NCBI GenBank assembly: GCA_964106645.2 | Contig: OZ067042.1 | DNA length: 64,000 nt | Direction: 5' to 3' (one strand) | Origin: Podarcis pityusensis | Taxonomy: Eukaryota | Part shown: positions 51,748-62,845 of the stretch, one piece after another | How positions within the stretch are numbered: the first letter of the stretch is position 1 | Layout of the letters: every line of letters begins with the position of its first letter | The notes under the pieces: generated by a model | Told to the model about the DNA's origin: nothing | What the model saw: only the letters and a program-made list of their open reading frames with translations | Databases searched by the model: none | Position numbers and translations under genes: made by a program

Positions 51748-51978
51748 CAGTGGTACCTCATGTTACAGACGCTTCAGGTTACAGACGCCTCAGGTTACAG
51801 ACTCGGCTAACCCAGAAATAGTACCTTCGGTTAAGAACTTTGCTTCAGGATTAGAACAGAAATCGCGTGGCGGCAGCGGGAGGCCCCATTAGCTAAAGTG
51901 GTACCTCAGGTTAAGAACAGTTTCAGGTTAAGAACGGACCTCCAGAACGAATTAAGTTCTTAACCCGAGGTACCACTG
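51748..51978. mobile_element. Tc1/mariner MITE (same family as 5223-5464)
   Basis: CAGTGGTACCTC...GAGGTACCACTG; interior nearly identical to the 5223 copy. Confidence 0.9.
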
Positions 51979-52707
51979 TATTGGGACCAAACACTTTCCT
52001 TTTGAAGTTAAATCACTTAATTTTGTTTGTGTGTGTGTTTAATAAATATCCTGTCCTACATCCCCAAGGACCTGGGCTGGCAAATGTCATGGTGACGCCC
52101 AGTGTTTGACTGGTGGGCATCCCTACCCACCTGTTGGGGTGGGGGACTACCTATTATTTTGTTCTACTTTCTGTGAACAGTGTGACACTGAGCCAAGAAC
52201 TGAGTCACACCATCATCTTACTTGCACTTAGTCATGTGAACTGTCTCCATTGGAAAATACTGAGTCATGTGAATGCTGTGGGAAGTGTTATCTTTGACTA
52301 TAGCAGTAGTTAAGTTGTGAACATAAAAGTATAAACTCATCCTTATTGGCTTTGCATCATACATCTCCATTTAAAATACAAGTGAGAAGAGTATCTCCCA
52401 TAGTTCTTATAGGTGGGGCTGTTCATTCTACAGCTATAATATACAGGGCAAAATTGGATATCATGGATAAGTGTGACATTGGACCAGCTCATTACTGTCA
52501 AACATAAATGTGTCATTCACACATGTGAATGACACATATTCTGCCTCCTAGGACTTATTGTGAAATTGAGTACTATAGCAATTAAGAATAACGGAACAGT
52601 CTCAGCCTTAACCTTTGAGGAGTTGTTCTAGTGAAAGTTGTAAGCAAAGAAATCTCCACAAAAGGCCCAGTACATGAGTAAAACTGCCCACCATGAGGAT
52701 CTCTGTA

Positions 52708-52740
<33 letters not shown>
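52708..52740. repeat. (AAT)11 microsatellite
   Basis: Direct read. Confidence 0.97.
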
Positions 52741-52744
<4 letters not shown>

Positions 52745-53039
52745 TAAAGGCAGCTGAGAAATGTGGGTTACAGTCTCAGAAGCCAAAATAGAGTTATTAC
52801 ACATATCTCCGTTACTATCCCTGGGCTTATATACTGTGCTTGCTTCCAAAATCTCTGTCTTCCATTCCTTACTTTTCTACCATCTTCTGCAAAATATATT
52901 ACTGCATTTTGAACACCTGTTTCTTGGATGTAAGGTATAATAATTATGAAAGTGCAACCATGTTTGATTTTGCAGAGTTTATTTTGAGCACAAAATTAGG
53001 TAAAATGGAGTCTAAGTGGCTTTTTATGGTTCTCACCGG

Positions 53040-53245
53040 GGAAGAATGTAAGTGGAGCCTTGCAAGATCAGATCAGAGGCCTATCTAGTCTAGCCTTCTG
53101 TCCCACAATGACCAACCTATATAGAGCCCATGAGAGGAATTGAGTGCAGTAGAACTCTCTTGTTCCTCAGAAACTGGCATTCAGCAGCATACAGCCTCTG
53201 ATACTGCAGGAAATACTGCCATTGTGACTAGTAGCTGTTGATACC
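53040..53245 (-). mobile_element. CR1 3' end remnant
   Basis: Similar to the 15798 copy (AAGAATGTAAG..GAGCC..GATCAG..ATCTAGTCTAGC). Confidence 0.6.
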
Positions 53246-53501
53246 ATAGCACTGCAAGGTTTGAGTAGGTCTAATTAAAATGGCATGGTCGTGTATGTTT
53301 AGGCTAGTCTGTCCACTTACCAATCATTTGGAGATTTCTGTGATTGCGTCTTCTCTTAAATAAGTACATGTAACGTTCCATTTTTCCTTTTGGAAAAAAG
53401 CAATGTTCATACACTGCTTCAGTTTGGCCTGTACTTTTGTCCATGCTTCTCTGATTGGTTGGTTTGGAGTAGACCTTTTCTTTTGTAATTCCCTTCTGCA
53501 G

Positions 53502-53632
53502 GTGCACTGAAAGAAATCACAGAAATTACATCACAGCTTCAGAACAGTCTCATCCGTTTGGAGAATTTCCAGAAGCTAACAGAGTTACAGCACGACCTGC
53601 TTGGCATTGATAACCTTGTAGCAGCTGGCAGA
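53502..53632 (+). CDS. FARP2: FARP2 exon 19 (DH last helix, DH-PH1 linker)
   Basis: (S)ALKEITEITSQLQNSLIRLENFQKLTELQHDLLGIDNLVAAGR; ctgcag| and |gtaggt. Confidence 0.96.
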
Positions 53633-54136
53633 GTAGGTAGTTCTTTCCATATTTTAAGACCCGTGTACTTCAATTGTTTCTGACCTTTCTTCTTGCTTTC
53701 TTCCTTTATGGGATGATGGCTTTAGAAGTTTTACTGGTTTATTTCAGAACTAGGGAAATCCAGTATGTTATTTCCAAAAATATATCTCAGTATTGAAACT
53801 CTCATAAGTAACCATTCAAAAATTGTATTTGCATGTACTTACCGAGTTGTTTTTAAGGTTGGCAAAACAATGTGAGAAAAGGCTTCTTTGAAGGGCCTTC
53901 ATTTCAGGGACCACAGGCATTGTTTCAGTTTTCCCAGTCCTTCAATTATTGCTGATCCAAAGAGGTAACAGGGACCAGTGCAAGTATGATGCATGCATGG
54001 GTGTGCAGGCTCTCTTCATGTATTTATTCATTCATCATGGGCAAATCCTAGGGAAAATAGTACTTGCCTCTTAGACATTTAGAGGACTCTTGGTTGTGTA
54101 CCACAGCACTATAAAGCGCTTTGGAAACTGAACAAA

Positions 54137-54643
54137 CATCCTCCCACTTACACATGTTCTACTCGCGTGCGATTGCATATATGTGCAGTGCCAAAAAATA
54201 GATAAATAGACTCATATAAATGAATATAAATAAATATAAATAGACTCAAATGGCGGGAGTCAGCTGGAGAGTTCTTGACGCTTGTAAATAAACCCTCCCC
54301 GGAGCCCAAAGAGGACATCAGATAGCACAGAGGAAACCCTGAGGAGACCAGAGACACAGCAGGGCTTTGTGTAGGCTGCTCAGCCTCTCCGCCAAATGGC
54401 TGATACCTGGGGTAGCGCAGCAGCAGCCACGTTCCAGTGCATCCTCCTACCTCCTGCCAGCCCCAGAGCTTAAACTCACATCGAAGAGAGAATTGTATGG
54501 AGAGAGAGAGTGCGAGTGAGTGCTGGAGAATTGGGGGGGGGGGGAGAGATTTAGAGGCTTTTTAGAAGATACTCTCCACTTTACGCAAATTCACTTATGC
54601 GCCCAGAGGCCCGGAACATAACCCCTGCATAAGTTGGGGAATG
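54137..54643. mobile_element. Possible degenerate Tigger-like element
   Basis: Right end GGAACATAACCCCTGCATAAGTTG resembles the reverse complement of the left end of the 38624 MITE; left TIR poorly conserved. Confidence 0.35.
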
Positions 54644-55154
54644 CTTACATTTTATAAATGGAAGAGGTGGTCACATAATTTGTGTTGAGCCTGGTCATTC
54701 TTAGTTTTAATAGAACACTAACTGAGTGGCCAAGTTGTGACAGCCTAGCTGTTTTAAATAAGTATGCTCTGGTGGCCTAGGTGCCTTTTGTAGCTTAGTG
54801 GCACATTTCCAGCAGAGAACTGGAAGTGATGCTGCTTGTAATGAGGGAAATAATCAGAGCAGAGGTGACTAACCCACAGCCCAGATCTGGCCAGCCAATC
54901 CATGGGAAGTGGCCAGATTTATATCCTGGTGTGGTCAGGAGGCAAAGCAAGTCTGTCTGCTGCAATCTTAGTGCTAAGTACCACCACACCAAGAATAAAG
55001 ACAAAGCCTTTGCCTGCTCGTCGTTCTTTATGAGTAAATGGCAGCATTACCACGCACGCATGCATGCATGCACACCCACACGCACACACTGAAGTGGGGA
55101 GAGATGCTGTGTTTTTCTTTGCACAAACCAATCTACGCAAAGTAACAGGCAGCC

Positions 55155-55178
55155 TGTGTGTGTGTGTGTGTGTGTGTG
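55155..55178. repeat. (TG)12 microsatellite
   Basis: Direct read. Confidence 0.95.
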
Positions 55179-55448
55179 TATGATCTTATGTGTGAGAGAG
55201 GGGGAAGAGTATGGTGTGTGCCTGTATGTCTGGCATTGTGCTTACTGTATGTGTCGTGGGTGGGGTCTGTATGTTTAGTACATGTATATACATTGGCCAT
55301 GTCTACCACTGGCATGTAGGCCTTGGAGAGGTGGGCGACTGTAAGAGAGTCCTCGGGCTGAAAACAGCCCCAACCCTGAAGTAGAGAGTGCTGCATTTCA
55401 CAGAAGAGCCATCAAATGTACTAAAGCTTTGTATATTTTTCCCCACAG

Positions 55449-55517
55449 GAATTTATCCGGGAAGGCTGCTTATACAAGCTTACCAAAAAGGGTTTACAGC
55501 AAAGGATGTTCTTTCTG
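55449..55517 (+). CDS. FARP2: FARP2 exon 20 (PH1)
   Basis: EFIREGCLYKLTKKGLQQRMFFL; cacag| and |gtgagc. Confidence 0.97.
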
Positions 55518-55857
55518 GTGAGCTGATGCTTTTGATCAAGATTTCACCTCGTAATGAGGTTTCTGGAGCCCGTTCCCTTGTAGTAGTTTGATTGGGATTG
55601 GTCAAGACTTAAGTTTCGTGTACATATTCTGAGGAGTACGGCCTTGTTATTTGAGCCTCGGTTGTTTCACAGCCAAAATATAAAGAAGCCTTTGTATACA
55701 GCATGGAACTTTTCAGGAAATGTGAGGCAGTTGCATAGGTGGGTCCTCAAACCCTGACTTTATCCAGGCTCAGATTCTTTGCCTCCTCATGGGGCTGGTT
55801 CCTCAAGAGATAGATAGCAGAATGGCCCTTGATCAGTAACTGCTTGTCATGATGGAA

Positions 55858-56205
55858 CAGTAGTGGACTCTCCTTCCTTGGAGATTTTAAAGCAAAGGTT
55901 GGATGGCCATCTGTCATGGGTGCTTTAGCTGAGATTCCTGCATTGCAGGGGGTTGGACTAGATGACCCTCAGAGTCCCTTCCAACTCCCAATATTCTTTT
56001 GAGTCTATGATGGCTGTGTACTTCATCCAGTATTGAAAGCAGAATGCCTCTGAATGCCAGTTTTTGGGTAACACAAGTGGGGGAGTGTTACTGTGCTCAT
56101 CTACTGCATGTGGGCTCCCCATGGGCATCTGGTTGGCCTCTAAGAACAGTTTGCTGGATGAGATGCATCTTTGATCTCATCCAGCAGGGTGGTTCTCATA
56201 TTCTC
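55858..56205 (+). mobile_element. Two adjacent CR1 3' end remnants
   Basis: GGACTCTCCTTCCTTGGAG..GGTTGGACTAGATGACC..CCCTTCCAACTC (to ~56011), then GGCATCTGGTTGGCC..ATCCAGCAGG..TCTCATATTCT. Confidence 0.75.
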
Positions 56206-56379
56206 AATTTGCCGTGTGGGCAGCTAATTTGTATGTGCTCTTGTTCCTCATCAGATTTTGATGTTGTCAGGATCCATTCCCAGGGGCTCCCAAAAGGAAA
56301 GAAAGTGGCTTCTGTTAGTTGGGCAGTCTCTTTGCTTGATCCTAATTATGCACAGAAAAACCACAGGGTTTTTTCCCTT

Positions 56380-56630
56380 GAGAGCCAGTGTGGTGTAGTG
56401 GTTAAGAGCGGTAGTCACGTAATCTGGGGAACCGGGTTCGCGTCTCCGCTCCTCCACATGCAGCTGCTGGGTGACCTTGGGCCAGTCACACTTCTTTGAA
56501 GTCTCTCAGCCCCACTCACCTCACAGATTGTTTGTTGTGGGGGAGGAAGGGAAAGGAGATTGTTAGCCGCTTTGAGACTCCTGAAGGGGAGTGATAAAGT
56601 GGGATATCAAATCCAAACTCTTCTTCTTCT
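56380..56630 (+). mobile_element. tRNA-derived SINE (Squam3-like)
   Basis: A box TGGTGTAGTGG, B-box-like GGTTCGCGTC, CORE-like GGTGACCTTGGGCCAGTCAC, (TCT)n tail. Confidence 0.85.
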
Positions 56631-57163
56631 TCCTTGGTGTTGAAGGACTCTTTGTAATCATGTATGAACTGAAAACCAGTTGGTAATAATTTGTGCCCTA
56701 TAATTACAATGAGAAACTGTAAGCATAGTGTAATCCAGATATCTTGAGTGGAGAAAAGTTAAATACTTTTATAGAGAATTATAACAGACAGGTTTTGTTA
56801 CTGTTATGCTTTACTGTGAACCACTTGGAGCACAATTTTAAGAGAAAACTTACATTGGTTTGTAAATTTATTTGGTTTGCAAATAAAGCTACAAAGGGGT
56901 TTATCCAATGGTTGTATGTATGGAGGGCAGCTTGCCAACAAATTTTGCTATTTTTCTCTTCCCTCTCTGTGGCCTCTGCAAAGGTTTGGGGAGCCCTCTG
57001 AGGAACTCAGGGGCTCCAGAGCAGGAGAAGAGAAAAAGACAATAGTTGCTTGAGCTGCTTGCTACTTATGCACTCTTTGGGTGTAACCCAGGGATTGTGA
57101 CAAAATATAGAATTGCCTTTTTTCTTCGTACCTAAATGATTTTGTAACATTTCCATGTCTCAG

Positions 57164-57253
57164 TTTTCAGATATGTTGCTCTACACCAGCAAAGGAGTCA
57201 CGGGTACCAATCAATTCAAGATTCACGGTCATCTCCCTCTGCACGGGATGCTG
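57164..57253 (+). CDS. FARP2: FARP2 exon 21 (PH1)
   Basis: FSDMLLYTSKGVTGTNQFKIHGHLPLHGML; tctcag| and |gtgagt. Confidence 0.96.
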
Positions 57254-57620
57254 GTGAGTGATACATCACACAGCAATCAAACATCAAAATAATAAAATGT
57301 GTTTCATGTTAACCTCGGCTTCCTCTTTATACTGAACTTTTAAGGGACTCTTGCGAAACGCGCAATTCTGGTTACTGTAGTTTTTCTCCAGTCATTAGTA
57401 GACACAGATTTCTGGGTTAGATTTAAGTAGTCAAAAGAACAAGCACTGCCAGTTTTTTGGCATTGGAGTAGCTGGGAAGACGAGAAAACTCTTGATTGTG
57501 CTTTTGCTATTTTCAAGGCTAGCTGGATGTGCTAATTGGTGTTGCTTCCACACCAAAATGCTACATTCCCTCCCACTCCTTAATGGAACTTTTTTTTATG
57601 TGTCTGTGTTTGATTTTCAG

Positions 57621-57641
57621 CTGATAGTCCTGGATCCTCCG
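57621..57641 (+). CDS. FARP2: Putative FARP2 21-nt microexon (LIVLDPP)
   Basis: U-rich tract + ttttcag|CTGATAGTCCTGGATCCTCCG|gtgagt; phase 0-0 like its host intron; no stop. Confidence 0.72.
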
Positions 57642-57841
57642 GTGAGTAATAAGCCAGTGACTACTATGCTTAGCAGCTTGCTGAAATGACAGTGCAATTG
57701 TAGGTGATAGTTTTCCCATTAGAAACAAAGTAGAAACGAAATACTGTTAATGTAGCTAGTTGCTGTTGTCACACCATTTATTTTAGTGTAGATGTGTGTG
57801 CTGTTGCTCACTGAGTGATGAAGAAATTTCCTTTGTTGTAG

Positions 57842-57924
57842 GTGGAAGAGAGCGAAAACGAATGGTCTGTCCCTCACTGCTTTACCATTTATTCAGCTCA
57901 AAAAACCATAGTAGTGGCAGCAAG
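57842..57924 (+). CDS. FARP2: FARP2 exon 22 (PH1)
   Basis: VEESENEWSVPHCFTIYSAQKTIVVAA(S); tgtag| and |gtaagg. Confidence 0.97.
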
Positions 57925-58433
57925 GTAAGGATTTTCTCAGTGCTCAATTGTGAAAAAGAGTGTTAAAGCACTGGTAAAATAGGCATCTTTCAGTGTGTGT
58001 ATATGCCACTATACCCCAGGCTACGCAATGTGAGAGACCACACTCTCCCTGAGTCATTATGCAGTCATCTGTTGAGGCAAAACCTGATTTCCCCATGGAG
58101 TAGTGCTCCAAGCTTACATTAAAGTGCAATAGTATGTTGCTTCCTCTCATCTTTATGAGACTTCAGATTTCAGGAGGAATAGAAAAAGATTCAAACTGTG
58201 TTGTGGTTTTATCAAACCTGAATTTGTGTGGAATTTAAAATTGTTGAGGCAAGCTTCTGCAGTTGCCAGAATGGTAACATAGACTGCAAATTTTGTTATT
58301 TCAGTGGGAATTTATGGAAACATGAAATTGCTCTAAGTATGGGTCAAGCAGTGCTTTTCTTGAACCATAAATCACAAACAGCAGCCGAGCTCTGAAAACG
58401 TGCTTAGCCATCATTCCTGTCTCTATTTTTCAG

Positions 58434-58552
58434 CACTCGTCTGGAAATGGGGAAGTGGATGGAAGATCTAAATATGGCAATTGAAATGGCCAAGAAATTC
58501 ACTGAGAAATCAGAGATGTTTCTAGAAAACTCAGTGTGCAATCGTTCTAACA
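58434..58552 (+). CDS. FARP2: FARP2 exon 23 (PH1 C-terminal helix)
   Basis: TRLEMGKWMEDLNMAIEMAKKFTEKSEMFLENSVCNRSN+1; tttcag| and |gtgagt. Confidence 0.95.
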
Positions 58553-59220
58553 GTGAGTAGCTTTCATGTCACTTGTGATTAGTGATTCTTGGTTAGTTGT
58601 GTGCTCTTCAGGCTTCTGAGATGGAAAATGGTATAGATTACGCAGCCTTCAGTCTTTTTCACTAAGTAACATTCCATACCCTCTCCGATGCTCCAGATAT
58701 TTCAGGCTTGGCAAATAAGAACTTCCAGCTGTTCAAGCAATAATAATGAAGTTTATAGTGTGTAATCTTTCCTTACCACCCTCTTACACAGGAAAGTATT
58801 CATTCTTTTAAACCACAGTTCACTTACCAATCTGTGGAAGTCATTGAAGTAATATCCTGTGTACTCCTGAATGTCTCCTTATCTATGGATCCGCCCCACC
58901 ACTGGCCACTGAAACACACGGTGGCATTCCTCAGGTGGAAATTATATATTTCCTAGGAATCCTTCTAGGAAGCTTCTGAGCAAACTTTTCAATATTTTCC
59001 CTATATAACAGAATGTGACTTTTTCCTATGCAATAACTTTGATGTGTCCTAACCTTCAAGCTATCGATTATGAAGGCCATGGATATCAGAAGGAGAGTAA
59101 CCCATGCATGCCAATTCCTTTTGTGAGGGGAAGATGCTATTATACGTCAGCAATCCTTGCTGCTATCACTACCCCTGTGCCCTCAGCCTGTTAAATGTTT
59201 GCTCCCTTCTCCCCCCTCAG

Positions 59221-59384
59221 GATCCTCAGATGAGGTATCTGTAGAACAGGAGTCCGAAGAGGACATACATTCTTCTCGTAGCTCCCTGGACAGGCAGAGC
59301 CACCACCGTGCCAATACTACTATGCATGTATGCTGGTACCGCAACACCAGTGTCTCCATGACAGATCACAGTGTGGCCGTCGAG
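59221..59384 (+). CDS. FARP2: FARP2 exon 24A (canonical PH1-PH2 linker)
   Basis: (R)SSDEVSVEQESEED..HRANTTMHVCWYRNTSVSMTDHSVAVE; cctcag| and |gtaccc; phase 1-0. Confidence 0.96.
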
Positions 59385-59971
59385 GTACCCAGCAGCAGAG
59401 CACATATCACTATCACTTTCACTTACCACTCTGTCTGTCTTGGTTGCTGGTTTCTCTGCACTGTATACATGTGTGCGGTTTTAACACCCCCTTCATTTCG
59501 TTCAGTAACTTCAGTGGTCTTGTGTGAGAGAGCAAATGAATGAATAACCACAAGACGTCTGAAGATGTTCTTTGTATGTGTGACTGCATGTTTCCATCAT
59601 GTTCTCAACAAGGGTGTGCTTTGGAGAAGAAAGAAGATAAAAAGGGGGGCTTTGATATATCAACAGCTGCCATTCACACTAAAAAGCTAATGAAAGAAAT
59701 CAGCTTTGGGATTATGAAACCAAAAGTTTGTGATCTTGCCCACTGAGAACCCTGTTTTAGGTAAATTTGTTAAATCTTTCTGACTTCTCCCCAAAGCACC
59801 ATGGCCCCTTGCACTGCGGATCTTAGGACTTTTTTACTTTTTTCATACTATTTCTTTTAACAGACCTTTTCGTGTACTGCCCTTTCTTGTTCTAAATCAC
59901 CTTTTTCTTTCTTTTTCTCTTTGCCCTGCACCCTTTCTGCTCAGTTTTCTGCTCTCTTGCTGTTTCTCCAG

Positions 59972-60084
59972 AGCTTCCTCCTCGCTATTTGCTGGGCCAG
60001 ACTCAGCGGCCCAACACAATCACCCACGTTTGCTGGTACCGGAACCAGAGTCTATCCCTGTCTGATTATTTGTGTATGATTCAG
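59972..60084 (+). CDS. FARP2: Putative FARP2 exon 24B (paralogous, probably mutually exclusive with 24A)
   Basis: (K)LPPRYLLGQTQRPNTITHVCWYRNQSLSLSDYLCMIQ; long pyrimidine tract + ctccag| and CAG|gtaaag; phase 1-0 like 24A; shares NT..HVCWYRN.S.S..D. Confidence 0.88.
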
Positions 60085-60272
60085 GTAAAGCTGCTTCACT
60101 CACTCTCAGTATTGATAGGATCTATGAAGACGGTCATTTTCTACTTGTACCATCTCGTTATAGCTCTCTTAAACACTGTTCTAATGTGCAGAAACAAGGA
60201 TCTAAAATATTGGAATGAGTGGTAAGACATCCTTTAAGTCTCTTGCAGAAATCAGCCAAATTAATCCCTTTA

Positions 60273-61183
60273 CAGTGGTGCCTCGCAAGACGAAATTAAT
60301 TGGTTCCGCAAGTTTTTTCTTCTTGCGAGTTTTTCGTCTTGCGAAGCACGGTTTCCCATAGGAATGCATTGAAAATCAATTAATGCGTTCCTAGGGAAAC
60401 CGCTTGCCAGGCTGGCGGTGCGGAGAAGGGCTTTTCTCCCCTCCGCAAGCCTTCAGGACAGGTACGGGAACAGAGGGGAAGGCGCGCAGCGCTTTCCCTC
60501 TGTTCCCGGGGCTTGCGTGGGAGGAGGGTTTTTCCTCCGCACCGCCAACATTCAGAACAGCATTCTGAATGTTGGCGGTGGGAAGGAAAACCCTCCTCCC
60601 ACCCCAAGTCTTCAGGAAAGCCATCCGAAGCTGGGCGGCGGGAGGAGGCGTTCCTCCCCCCCCGCCCGGCATCGGAGCTTCGTTCCGATGCCGGGCGGGG
60701 GGAGGAGGCGTTCCCCCCCCCCGCCCGGCATCGGAGCTTCGTTCCGATGCCGGGCGGGGGGAGGAGGCGTTCCCCCCCCCCGCCCGGCATCGGAGCTTCG
60801 TTCCGATGCCGGGCGGGGGGAGGAGGCGTTCCACCCCCCCGCCCGGCATCGGAGCTTCGTTCCGATGCCGGGCGGGGGGAGGAGGCGTTCCACCCCCCCG
60901 CCCGGCATCGGAGCTTTGTTCCGATGCCGGGCGGGGGGAGGAGGCGTCCCCCCCCGCCCTGCATCGGAACTTCGTTCCGATGCCGGGCGGGGGGAGGAGG
61001 TCCGAGGACAGTGGGGAAGACGCGATGCGCTTCCCCGCTGTCCCGGAGATTTCCCTATGGGCTGTCGTCTTGCGAAGCAAGCCCATAGGGAAATTCGTTT
61101 TGCGAAGCGCCTCCAAAACGGAAAACCCTTTCGTCTAGCGGGTTTTCCGTCTTGCGAGGCGTTCGTCTTGCGGGGTACCACTG
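60273..61183. mobile_element. Tc1/mariner (Tigger-like) non-autonomous element, GC-rich and apparently young
   Basis: 22-bp TIR CAGTGGTGCCTCGCAAGACGAA / TTCGTCTTGCGGGGTACCACTG, TA flanks, repeated subterminal CGTCTTGCG, CpGs retained. Confidence 0.9.
60643..61000. repeat. 59-bp palindromic GC-rich minisatellite, 6 copies
   Basis: Core GCCC(G/T)GCATCGGA-N7-TCCGATGCCGGGC starts at 60664, 60723, 60782, 60841, 60900 and 60956. Confidence 0.95.
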
Positions 61184-62737
61184 TATTAAGAAGAACCCTG
61201 GATACACATTCCATTGTTTTGATGCATTTCATTTATCCTGTAGATTAGATCACAGCAAGTTAGGTTCCTTCTCCCTCCAGTGGGGCTTACTCTTCACTTT
61301 ACCAGCATGTTAACTTAAAAGTGGCATTGCTGCCATGTGCTCTGCAGGGCTTTTTACTGTGTGCTTTCCCTCAACATTTTCTGTCTTCTAGTTGTATTGT
61401 CTCCTTAACTAAGAATGCAAGCTCTGTGTGTTGCTTACTGGTTCTTAGCATGTTGTAGAGGACAAAAAACGGGTCTTAAATTCGCAGTTAACATAGCACG
61501 GACATGAATCAGTTGCATCCATAATTGTTCTACCCTTTCAGAGGAGGAAATGCAGTACGCAGAGTTATCACTGTGAAAAAGGGGTGTGTGCACAAATGGA
61601 CATTACATTAGTAGCTGGCATACCTGAGAGAAGACACCTTGATGCAGGATGCCCTTCAGAAGTTGCTAGACACCAACTCCCCTCAGCCGCAGCCACTTTG
61701 ACCAATGGTGAGGGGTGATGGGAGTTGTAGTCCAACATCATCTGGAGGGCACATTGGGTTCACCTGCCCTAGAGCCTTTTTGGTATGATCAGGAAAAGCC
61801 TGACTCAAACAACCTTTAGTGGAAACAGTGAAATATCCTATCTGGACTGAGTGGATCTGAATGGGGAGTAGGTAGCTCTCCCATAGAGCAGGAGTTCCTA
61901 AACTGCAGTCTGTGGACTACCTGTGGTCCATGAGGTTTTTGCAGGTGTTCCACAGCATGGCTGTATTAAACAGACATTCTATGGAATGCAAATTGTAATA
62001 CAATAAAATAGAATATAATAAATAAAAGCAAGAAAAATGCAATTAAAAACCATACAGCATCTAGCACGGCACAATCCAGTTACTACAAGTGGAAAAACCA
62101 GTTAAGTGGTTTTCAAGTTTTGGAGCCACTGCTACAAACTGAATAAAAAAATAATGCTGTCTCACTTCCCACCTCCTTAAAAACCTGGGGGGTCAAATGC
62201 TAAAAAAAGTAATAAATAAAAGGACTGTTGGGGCAATTGGGGTGTTTTTGCTGGTCTGCCAGTAAAATAAATATAGCATACACAATGCTTGACAAGCACT
62301 CCAGTGTTGTAGTTTCAGAGCAAAGAATCCCAAATAATTTGTTGGGGGGGGTTGTAATTTTGAATGGCTCCAAATTACACAACCATGGAGTTGGGTGGTG
62401 GCTTTATATTGCTCGGTCATTAACTTCATCACAGGAAATAGCCAATAAATGTCTGTGTTACACACCCATGCTCCAATATTGGAAAAATATGGAACTTTTC
62501 TAACTGCACTTGGCAAATTATATCACCACCATAAAAAGGTAACTTGTATACTTCTTGCACAAAATATCTAATCATACAAAAAGGCTCTGAAGCAGTCTTT
62601 CTCAAATTCAGTCATCCTCTAGAAAAAGTTATTTATTTTTTGAATCTGCAATGCAAATTTAACGGCAGGTTTTTGTTGAGCGATTGTGGAGAATGACTAC
62701 TAGTCACTTACACTATATTTTCCTCTCTTCCATGTAG

Positions 62738-62845
62738 AACCAGCTGTCAGGATACCTATTGAGGAAATTCAAAAACAGTAACGGCTGGCAGAAGCTGTGG
62801 GTTGTTTTTACAAACTTCTGTTTGTTCTTCTACAAGACGCACCAG
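62738..62845 (+). CDS. FARP2: FARP2 exon 25 (PH2)
   Basis: NQLSGYLLRKFKNSNGWQKLWVVFTNFCLFFYKTHQ; tgtag| and |gtaaga. Confidence 0.97.

Noticed and set aside
56380-56455. tRNA gene
   Set aside because: A/B boxes continue into a SINE body and tail; no complete cloverleaf or oligo-T terminator.
60643-61000. CRISPR-like array of regularly spaced palindromic repeats
   Set aside because: Linkers are near-identical rather than unique spacers, there are no cas genes, the context is a vertebrate intron, and the array lies inside a TIR-bounded MITE.
60380-61248. Six overlapping long ORFs (189-276 aa) on both strands
   Set aside because: Artefact of a stop-poor GC-rich palindromic tandem repeat; translations are repetitive and not transposase-like.
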